Of a DNA stretch of 64,000 nt, positions 26,014 to 37,800 are shown one piece after another. The stretch spans positions 10,478,001-10,542,000 of the forward strand of contig NC_135258.1 of NCBI RefSeq assembly GCF_964204865.1, in the 5' to 3' direction. This DNA comes from Styela clava. Its lineage: Eukaryota. Under the pieces are notes generated by a model. That model searched no databases. It was not told the origin of the DNA and saw only the letters and a program-made list of their open reading frames with translations. The first letter of the stretch is position 1; each line of letters begins with the position of its first letter. The translations under genes and the position numbers were made by a program.

Positions 26014-28820
26014 ATGTCCATTGAAATTCAAAAACGTTTCACAATGTCGCGTAATCGATATACATCAAAATCGTTATTTCTTGTAATATGCCTGGGACTC
26101 TTATTTTGGTTTGATATTACGGATGGAAGAAGAATAAAAAGATCCGTTATGATGGGAATGAACGATAACATTCAATGTATATCTGGAACAATAACTGAAA
26201 GGAATAGTTCGACGTCTATAATACTCACTGGGACCGTAATAGAATGCGATAAAATGAGACCAGATAAATATAACTGCCGTATACAGGTAAGTTGAATTGG
26301 TTTGTATAATGTTATTCCGTTTGTTCAAAAGCAAAATCACAACATTTAAACATATCTGTCTGCAAACTTAGTAAGAACGTATTTATAACACTACGACATT
26401 CAGTATTTTGGTACTTCAGTGAAAAGTAACTTTCTCATACAATAGGCAAACTTCAGAAAAAAAAATTAAAAAACACTGAATTGTTTAGAAACAGACATTT
26501 GCACAATATATCATTAATATAATAACGGCCATATGTGACCCAGGCTTAGTTTATGTACATGAGTGTGGCTCGCATAAACGAAATCGGAGAAACTTTAACG
26601 TAGCGTAGAATATATTTGAACTTGGAATATTGAATCGATTTTTAACATAATCTTGAAAATTTGATTTTTCATCACATATGATATTGATGGATTATGCGCT
26701 TCAAATTATGTCAGCTATTTAGAAATAAATTGGTTACATATTGGTGTATAAAATTCTAATTACTTATAATCGATTTCCTAATCAAATGAGATTCGATTTA
26801 AACCACCCGTCGAAAATTGACTTGTTTACAAGTAAGAACAATTGGGTGCGAGTATTTCCTGATCTTAAACAGGTGTATTTCACAATGCTTAATTCTCGTT
26901 CACATTGAAAAATAAAAAATTGTCAGTCAAACAGTTTTTAAGTCGGGTAATTGTAAAAAACAAGGTGCAATCACAATCAATTCTAAATATCACAAACGAC
27001 TGTTATTTCCGACGGTACAACGGAGTCCGATATTCATCTTGCCGGTTTACATAAAAAATCAAATCATTCTAGCGATCATATTAAAATTGGAACGATTCTC
27101 TACTTGCAATTTTCTATTTTATGCCCAAAATTTTGAAAATTGTGGCTGAGTTTAGAATGTTATCTAGTTTGAACGCCTATTACAAAATCAATTGTTCACC
27201 ACTTTCATCTTTGAGACATTTTTATCTTCACTTAGATTGTTCTAGAAAACTAACTATACCCGACGTAGAGGCGTAAAAAGGTGCAACAGACATCGATGCA
27301 AAACATTTGATAAAACGTTGTTGAAATTGGTCACATATTACTAATGGGTTTGTCACCCACTACGATGGTGCACGACAAATAACTTTCTCAACGCTACCAG
27401 TTTCACCCTTCGTAGATCGGAATTTTCTTTAAAATACGCTGGAACTTATATCTATTATAAAAAATTAATAAATTATAAACCAAAATAATTACAAGCAAAT
27501 AATCTATATGATGCAGTGGTGGCCAACCTGCTTTTGACCGCGATCGACTAAAATCTTCAAAATAGCTCGCGATCGACTAAAATCTTCAAAATAGCTCGCG
27601 ATCGACTGATCGGTAATAACAAAAATGTATGAATACTGAATACGCAGATAACCGCACACATGCATATAAAAATTCCACCGCTGCCAATAAGCTCGGCTCT
27701 GCGGGCGCATTCTCAATGAAATTGCCACAAAATTTGCATTTTTTATATTCCATTCAATTCATTGATTTGATTATATATTTGTACCCGGAGTAAATGTTTT
27801 ATCATTTATTTTAAATTTATTCAAATCATACAATTCAGATTTAGGGTCTGTCTAATTCTTAGTCGTGAGTGTTTTCGATTCCTCCAAACAAAAAGTCAAC
27901 ACATGATATTCTGCAAGTTCATTTCTAAAACTTGGCAGTAGTGAAACTTGCACTTGTTACGTAATAATATGCTCCGTCGGGCTTGTTGATACCGAATTAC
28001 TGCATATGTATATCGTATTTTGCGCATGTACACTACTATATTCTTCATGTTTTAAAACACACAACAGGCGTAGCATGAAACCGATTCAAGGAAATTTTCT
28101 GGCCCATGTTATTTGAGCGATCGACGTGTTGGCCACCCCTGATCAGTATAGCGTGTTATAATCGCCCTTCTTTTTTTCAGGTTTGGCGATTTATGAAAGG
28201 AAGAAAAATTGCCGGAGAACTTGTGAAAATACACGAAGAAAAGATTATGAAAACCACTTATACAAAATCATATGTGGAAATATTTGGATTGGGGAATCCT
28301 GCGTTTTGCGATTCTGAAGTAATTCTTATTATACAATTTCCTACATCATGTTGACTAGAGATAAACCCTGTTTAAAAGTAGTATTTCTAACAAATATATG
28401 CTTGACTGCCAAAAACTTTATATTACCTAATATAAAATATGTGACTGTAACAAAAATGAATGAACGCCGTGAACGTGATAAACATATATTGACTTGTGTC
28501 ATGTCAACCTCGCTTAAAACTTTTATTTTATTGACTGAATGATATTAAAAAAATATAGGATCAATAGTGATTAAATGTCATCAAAAAAAGTAATCGACGC
28601 TGAGATTTTTCAGGCATTGCTTGTAAGACAAAATTTGTCCAGTCAGGTGCTAATTTATGTGTGATTCTGTGAACAATTCAAATTCAATTTTTATTCCAGG
28701 TCAAAGAGGACAAAACAAAAATATTCTTTCTGAATCGTGTTGATGATCGTCTTGTATTGGCAGCCTCACTTCTTCATATTACTTTGAAGAACTTAGAAAA
28801 CACCGAAAATGTCATAAAAG
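26014..28820 (+). CDS. AGRN: Agrin exons 1-3: signal peptide and NtA laminin-binding domain
   Basis: [16 protein letters not shown]|[22 protein letters not shown]|[28 protein letters not shown] parallels vertebrate NtA motifs (VVLTGTVEE, CKVRVWRYLKG, ISGFGDPLICDNQV, RIFFVN, SSLMRITLRNLE); hydrophobic leader [13 protein letters not shown]. Confidence 0.93.
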
Positions 28821-31800
28821 GTGAGTGGAATGTTTCGATACTATTTACATTTCTCTGTGGTGTAAATATTAACGACAGAATCGATGTTATAAATTTCTCG
28901 TGACACTGTTGCAAAAATAGTGAACGTATGTCGTAATAAAGTTTACGAATATCACTGGGCCATGGAAAAACCAAAAGCCATAAGAAAAACTCAAGATTGT
29001 GAAGTAAAAATTTGAATTATCGTTTCCAAGTCGAAATCAGTCGAATAATTTCAAAGCTTCGTATAAAGTTAGTAGATGAAATGAATGACAGAGCTGAATA
29101 CACAGTTCCAACGTGTTAGATTTCTGAAACAAAAAATGCGAATATTCTTCTTTGTTGGAGACACAAAAGTGCATTCTGCTGTTCTTGTGTAATTTCAAGT
29201 GGTAATCAGTTGATTTGACAGCAGTTTGGATTGATTTAATTTATTCGACATACAAAATTGCAAAAACGCGGGAATTCGGGTTTCGGTGTGCTTACTTTGA
29301 TCCTAGAGTTTTGCGACCCAAACTTCATATACGGTGTTGCTCAAACATTCATTTTAAACTAAACACACTTTGAGTAAGGGCCAAGTGTGATTTACGCACA
29401 AACTTTACGACTTCCTTTGTTTTAATATAATTTAATTTGTTATCAAGTGAAATTCACACACCAATTATTTCTAACAAATTGTTTTGACACCGGGTCGACA
29501 ATTTGCCGAAGGTAAATAAGCAACGTTCTTTTCTGTTGCAAGGCGTTGCGCGATGTGTCTGGACAGTGCGACTGTTGTATAGATTAAATTTCACCTCAAT
29601 TTAACTTCATGGGCACATTGTCGGCGTTTTAGGGCGGGACTTCATTATTAAATCTTTATATTATGATATTGAAAGAATTGTGAAAATGCGGGTCGTGAAC
29701 CTATATGGATTTGTTCAATGTATCATATGCTATGAAAAAAACTATGTAAATTATTCCAGATTTAATGGTATTTTTATGCTCTCCATACCTTGTTTGTTAT
29801 TTGGGTTTATCGTATATAAATACCATGACTCGGCATTAATCTGCAAAAAATATCTATAAAGTATATATCTGTCATTATATATATACAGTTTGTGTGAACA
29901 GTTATTTGCCCTCGATTTCCCAGAAAAGCCGTTACGTTTTACAACATTTGCAAAGCATACCTTGTTCGTAAAAGAAATGCCGCTCAAAAGTTTAAAACCT
30001 CTGTATCTTGAAAGGCTGCCGGCGCACGAGCGGGCAACAAAAGGTCTGACGACGAAGTTTCTCTCCTACAATAACTACGCTCGTTCGCCTCATCGGCGTC
30101 GTCGCCACAAGAAATCTGGTTTCCGGTATTACAGGCGCTTATAATATGCTCAGTTATGGTTGTCATAGATGACAAGGCTACGGGCGGATATACGATTCAA
30201 GCCAATTCGGCAACGTGCTTAGTCTTTCCACGCCAATTTGACGAAAGATATCTCACGCTGTGTGGCACTTACGATCATCGCTTTGTCACTTTCATTGCTT
30301 CAAATACAACTAGTTAGGCAATAGTTGAAAATCTTACCAGTTTGATTTCAACCAAGTTGGAATGACCAATTGAGACATCTCAGTCATGATAATACCGAGT
30401 CTACTAAACTAAATACGATATAAAATTTCTGATCAGTGACCGCATAACACCCTGCTATAAAATCGAGAACAAAAATATTTGAGTTAGTCTTTGCAAACAG
30501 ATAGGGCATGCCGGCACACCTGTGGAACATTTTTGCGCTGCCGCATATTTTCGTTATGCTAAATAGGCGCCGAGTTTGCCTGTCTGGGAATGAATTTTTC
30601 GTGCGCTATAGTACATCGTAAATTTTAGTAGATCAACCTGAATTTGCTACAAAATTTTTCTATGTTCTAACTCGAAAATTCTGATCACACGCTTGTTTTA
30701 GACATCTCGAAAAATGTTGATGAACGCCGCAGAAGCATCACCGACAACATCAACATATTTTGGATGCGTTGTACCGTTTCTGTTTTATTTAATTCGTGTA
30801 AGCGTCGCTCTTGATCGAAACTTCGATTGCAGAGTTAAAGCATGCGCCAAAACTCGACTTCATAAACAAAACAGCAATGTTTTTGCGATCCATAACCTAG
30901 TATTTAGCGGTACTACCTATTGTATTAATTGGTAAAAACCGATGTCCTAATAGTTCGGTCGGTCACCGTGTTCCGAAAAAACGTTTGGGCTGATAAGTAT
31001 GCGTTATCTTCGCAGCGGATTAATTATCTCACTTGAACTTTGAACCTTCAGCACACCTTCACTGGTAACATTGTGTTGAATGCTCGCTACTTTATAATTT
31101 AATTCTAACACGCTTTGGGTGAGTGTGATCTCAACTCTAATTATTGGGTAAATGAGATGAAGCATTTTACTTTCACCGAACTGTTTATTTATGTCCATCC
31201 GGAGAGGGGTATGACTTGCCGCGTAAGAACCGTCAAGTCACATTTTGTCAGCAGATTAATCTAATATAGCGAAAATCAATTGTACAAATAATCTTACAGA
31301 AGTATATTTAAGTAGGGATAATGTCATCCCTTGTATAACTAACACCTGTGACAGTTCCTGTGTCAGGTTACACAACTTCGTCATCGCGTGGACAAATGAT
31401 TTGCTTAAACATGTGACGTAATTATAAGGATAATAATTTCAAAGTTTGTTCTTATATCCGACTGTGTCCGTACATCCGTCCGACGTACCGACTATTATTA
31501 CAGTTCTCACTTTGCCAAAAGAGAACACACCCGAAATGTTTTTGATCCATTTAGCTCTCATAACCGGACGACATAGTTTATTTTTCCTGTTGAAGGGAAG
31601 GGATGAGTTTATACGGACGAAATATTGTTATGATTTTCATGGTTTGAAATTTATCAGAGGATACTCAATGACCACTGTCAATTGGTACTTGATATGATTG
31701 ATGGTAAATTACTATAACTTACAAAGATAGTTATTGGTGAAAAGGCCTTCCATAAATTCCGCGTTGACGTCGGGAAGACCATCCGCCTGACCGACTTCTC

Positions 31801-34800
31801 GAACCTTTTGTTTGTGGTATGTCCTATAGCCTATATTTTAAAAAGAAATTGAAATCCAAGTTGTTTTCGTTGCATTGTCAAATTTTCAAAGCGATTGAAT
31901 ATTTGAAATTACGTGGGTACACGGCATCTGATACATACATCTGATAAGATCCATTACAATTTAAAATTCATCTGTTATTCGAGTCAGAAACGTTACATTA
32001 ATAGATTTTTTTAAACTTTATCCACCTTTTCTTTGAATAAATTTTATACCAAACCATAATATCTTGAAAAGGGAAACATTTAATTTGAATAATTTTTTGT
32101 TCATAATATATCAGATTCTGTTGCTGGTTTTAAATTTCTAATTGGGACAATAATTGAAGAATCCTATGTGTGGTTAAAACTCTAGACTACCTGTAGCGAG
32201 GAAACTCTTCCATTTTCAGATTCGCAAACAAATGATGTATACGTTTTTCCTTGCCACAATTCACCGAAATATATCAAGTATCACATTAGTACCTTCAAAT
32301 GTAATTGAAGACTTCAGAAAAAGGGTTTTTTCGCGACTTTTCGCTGTATTTGTTGAATCATATTTCCAGAGTAATCTAGTTTAAATTCGTGTGGTATTCA
32401 CCCATCATACATTACCTACGTTACAGGAATTATGAAGAGAATTGTGGTTTTAAAGGGAAAATATCAAACTATTACCCAACAGTATTTCCTGAAGTTTTAT
32501 ATATAGGAGAAACAACTTTTTTATCACTTTCTCATATTTATCTTTTCATTTCTAGTCACCGTTAAATTTATTTTTAGCATACAGAGGAATTGATTGGCCG
32601 ATACGAGGGCGAAGCTGGCATTGTTATAATTGAACTAATGCTGCTTTCTCACTATAAGAATTTGTATTAGAGGTTCTTAAACCCTAAATTTTATGTGGTA
32701 GAAAATACCGACATTCCTTCTATGCCTATTCATTGTTTGTCGACATATTCAAACACGGAGTCGCTTAATTCTATGCAAACTTGACTCGAGGTGATATACG
32801 ACACGATTTTGTAGTTGTGGTAAATGATTGGAATTCTGTTTTGAATATGAGTATAACAAACAGTAAATTTAATTCGCACAAAACACTTTTTTAATTTTTT
32901 ATCGTCATTAGGTATGAATTATAAATTCTATTTGAAATGGGATTAGTTTCGGTTGATTCCACGATGTCCGATTCGAAGTGGTAACAAAGTGGCGATTTAA
33001 ATTTAATGAGTCAAAACCAAACATAGGAATTAGTTAATAACTGTGTAATTGTTATTCGACGCAGAAATATTTTACAAGACAATTTAATTGATTTGATCAT
33101 TAGAATGAGAAATGTACATCTCGCTCGCTATTAAGACTGGCCCAACAATATTTTAATTATAGGTTAGTGAAACTTGCAATGCGATTTTGGCTGCTATGAG
33201 GTAATATTCAATTTGAGAATTCAGTGATAAGAATGGCAATCTTTGAGGCAAAATCCTTGAAATTTCTAAACGCAATTTCATCCTTGTAATATATCTTATG
33301 TCTAAAAATACGAACATCATCGCGAATGATTTTCTACTTATTTTGGCTGTGTAAAAAAACGACACGAGTGGCTAACTGACGTAATGCGCCCAGCCAAATA
33401 GTGTATGAATAATTATGAACATGATTCGATCGAACTTTTTTAAAATTTGTCGTTTTATGCATTTTCAGTCGAATTTTTTGACATCTGGTATCGTGAATGA
33501 TGTTTTGCACATTTACATCAGTGATTCATGATAGGTGAAACATTACCACGTATAAAATGTACACATTTACAATATCCAGTGGTTTAACATTCATTTAGAA
33601 GAAATTGACAATTTGCGGTCGCTCTCGTTTTACTATTGCGACATCAGACGCCGCACACTTTAAATTTTGATTGACTGTCCCTTGAGCATTATTAGGGCGG
33701 CACTTTTACTTGTAGATTTGACTGCATACTGTTTTACAGTATGTCGCAAAAATTGAATCCGAAGTGAATGATCGTATCACTTTCAACTCTTGAAATAACC
33801 CATTGTTTATCTTGTTTCAAAGCTTCTCGAATCGCTCTATCAAGCCGTCTATTTGTACTTTGATTGTTTGATAAAAAGTGAGTCCTCTCTTTGAAAAGAA
33901 AGACTTTTTTTATAATAATTTCGACTTTATTAGTGATCTGAATGGATTTCACTCTAATTTAGTTTAGTAAAATTTGGCTTAAACCTCAATTTCACTGCGG
34001 AAAATAGATTTTTACAATAAAACCATGATTTTGTTGATTTTTCAATTTATTTAAGTAAGTATTCAGGGTAATAATAATTTTACATTTCTCGCCAGCAGTT
34101 TAGTCGGATTTATAACGTTGGCGAGTAGACTATATTTTTACACAAGGATTCACGCTTTGTCACATTAATCCTATTCATGTTCTTTAATCCGAAATGAGTT
34201 GTTTTAAATCCGACCAATGTTCGCATACTTTACCTTTTGTTTATCTTGTCATAAAAGCTTATTGCTAGAATGTACTGCGCTTAGCCTTACCAATACAAAC
34301 GGCGCGCCTTATTCAGCAAATAAGCGACGGCAACGGCTGTAGCGGCTTTGATATGAGGTACCATATCGCTACTATAGGCTATATTATCAGTTGTTACACA
34401 ACACAGCCCAGCGGAGCTATCCCTTGATCGGATCTGCGTGCGCAGCTGCTCAAGTTGGCTGCCCATCTATCGCCTATTGGTTTCTGAACTAATAATATCG
34501 CAAAGTAAATGAATAAATGTGGCTTATGTTGGTCAGAAAGGACAATTTAAAACATCGTACCCAGCAAACATTATCTCTTTTGTCACGTTTGGTGAGTATG
34601 AGAGGGCGAACCAACGTGATTTTTCTTTTGACCATTGGATAAAAGTGTTTTAATATCCGATATTTGCAAATTTACTTAAAACGGTCATACCTGTGTTCTT
34701 TTTACATAACTTTATACCGAAAAATATTTTTTTTACAATTCGTTTCTACTCACCTATAAAACTCTATATGTATTGGAAATTTCAAGTTCAAGTATTTCGC

Positions 34801-37800
34801 AATATAACACAGTACTGTATTAATATATAGTCCAACTGCAGTAATTTCGATTTTAGATTACCATTTTCACTGTATTGAATAGTTGGGGTTGCGTGGCTTG
34901 AACGTGCTTATGTAATTGACTTTGCTATAAGAACGATCTTTGTATTTCTATGTGGCCTCTATGCAACCTCCGCTCAACGTTCAATAGATATTGTTTTTAG
35001 GTAATTTTCAATTCAAAAAATAAATTCAAATCAAATCGATTGGTACAAAGTAATCCAGACAAACACAAAAACAGTTCAATAAGCTAATGGCTTCATTTCA
35101 AATTGAAATATGACGTCATTGGGTAAAAATCGTTTGGTGGATCGGTGACAAACTGATTTTTTATGCTATCGTTCGCTGTTAGTCACTAAGTCCGATAAAC
35201 AGTATGGCAGAGATCTTCGCCAAAGCCATGGATAAGCGGACATTTGTGCTGTCAACTGTTTTATTTTATTCTGCATCGACCATTTAATTGCCTTCCTATC
35301 TGATCGTATCGTATTCCTGGAACAATATGTTAATTATTTCAACGTAATTCTTTGAGTAAATCTTTTATACATGAAAAGGATTTCACAGTCTCTGTTTGCA
35401 TCAGTCAGGCCGGTATAAATTTAATTAAACTCAGTAGTCTCACTAATCCAATCAATTAATTATCTTCAAAGGAGATTTGCGGTTAATTAGTTATCTGTTA
35501 TCGAGACTGTTCTGATTTTGGATACTGAACGTCCCGTTTTACAGAACTTGAGTGTGCGATAGATCGATATTGGGATTTCACGAAACTTCCCATAAATCTG
35601 AACAGTATTACTTAGTTTTAGCCTACAATGGCCACTAAAAAGTGAACCATCTGAATCTAGCTTATTGTCGATCATATTTGGCCAGCGTTGATTGATTTTA
35701 TTAATTTATTATCTCTTACTCAAATTTACGAGAATCGATGTCAATTGAATCACTTAACTCAATATGGATTTTGTCTTGCTCTTTACCGGCTTAACTAATT
35801 TTTGAAAAACACATATCGATCAAGTTAACAAGTTGGTCAAATTAAATGGTTCATGTCCCTAAGCTATATCACTGAATATTTCTTCAGTGAAATATTATCA
35901 TTTGTCGAAATTAACTGTAAAATCGTGCATTTCATTGTGATTTTTCGGTCTATAATTTGGTAAAAATTTGTCTCAAATGAAAACACAGTATTATTCTTAT
36001 TCATATGCCTTATTATTCTTAGAGCACAAATCATTTTCATCTTCAGCAAAGAGAAGTCGTTGATAATTACGTTTATCTTCTTCGCATCGCCGTTGGTATT
36101 TTTACCACTTTTTACCTCTATGACATAATAATCACACATTTTTCACGCTTCCTAAAATGCCAACATAAAAAACCTCAGATGTGCATAGGATGTCACCGAA
36201 TTGAATTAGTATATCCGATCGAGCAAGGACGGTCCGTAATCTTTTTAATATAAAAGTACACATTAACCACTAACCGACCAAACAATTGCCCTTTTCTCTG
36301 ATTTCAAGATTTTTAACACAGATAAATATCTCAAAATAATAAATAATGCTTTTTGATTCCGTTTCTTCGCGGTTATTATTTGTTATCTTTTTCTCGAGAC
36401 GGAAAAGGGTGTTACACTGTCTGTCTATTTCAGATAATCACAGACCAGGTGATGCATTCTAGTATTAGAAAAAAAGTGGGTCAGGATAAACACACAACCT
36501 AATATTTTGCGATAATCAATTAAAATGTTAAAGATTTACTGACGACTCCACGCCAAAATAATTTTGATCGAATGTTTGAAGTCCGGAACTGCTTAGTGTC
36601 TGAATGTCCTCATATCAAGCGTGAAAACAGCGTGACTATTCATAGCCATGCTGAAAATTCATGTCACGGTGATAACTTATAACAAATATCGAATTGGGAA
36701 AATTACATTTATACATAAAACTCCGAAAAAAAACTTCCATTTCCACGACCAATTATTTAAATGTATTCTTTTCTTTTTCTTTTATATTAAATGTTATATG
36801 CCTGTACAGTTATGTTTATAGATGTAAATCTGTATGTCATATCTGATGCGATAAAATAATGGACAAGAGCAAAGTAGTTCATAATATTCACTATCGTTAT
36901 ATGTGTATTTATTTACCACCGATCAACAATCGTTACACACTGGTTGATTGTTTTCAGATAATAGTGTTCTTTATCTATCGTCGTTCAAAATTTAATCAAA
37001 AGTATACAATCAATATTACGAGTGTCGTCTTCCGTTTAATCTTGTGATTGGCTTCTGTAATGTTGACTTCATTTTCCGATAAATTTGTGTGGGCGATCTT
37101 TGAGTGGTATGATAAAAAACTACTGTGAAGGGACGATGCAAAACATCTATTTCGATTTCAAGTGTCCACATTTAAGGGCAGTTTTTATATATTTTTTTTT
37201 AAAATTATCATATATATAAATTGAATTTTTGTGAATTCCTTAAAATTTTGGAACAATTTATAAAACACTAAACTATACAAGATAAATAAATATGTATAAT
37301 TTGGCCAAGCCGAGTTTTTGGTTACGGTTATCTAACCGCAGAAATCCCGGTAATTTTCATGAAATACGTTTATTATAGGTTAGGTTTACGTTTTATTATA
37401 TTCTGCCGGATGTAACATTTTTGTATTCGACAACAGTCATTGGTATTTTAACAATCCTTAGTCCGTGCTGCACCCTCACACAGTCCACACGTCGTAATAT
37501 TATCATTTTTTCCTGAATATTGTCGCTCGGAATGGTCGATGGGACAAATCCAGCTGTGTATGCCGGCGTCAAACATCTATGTCAGAGAACCAATAAAAAT
37601 AAGTTATCTACAAACTTACTTGACTGTATATGATCAATGGGATGATGTCCATATCTAGGGTGTCGAAAGATGACGATACTATCGGATATCAAGTAACAGC
37701 CGAGGGCTTTGTGGCTTTGTGATACGTCGAACAGCAGACGACACAGATCTCCACTTTATCATACTTTTATTTACGTTGCAGCCTCTCCTTGGCGGATTTA

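Noticed and set aside
27541-27607. 29-bp direct repeats as a CRISPR array
   Set aside because: No spacers, only 2.3 copies, inside a eukaryotic MITE.
30714-30935. ORF with hydrophobic stretch ([13 protein letters not shown]) as a possible transmembrane/SN-type alternative first exon of agrin
   Set aside because: The only good donor (CGT|gtaagc) is phase 0 but downstream agrin exons need phase 1; the hydrophobic run is short.
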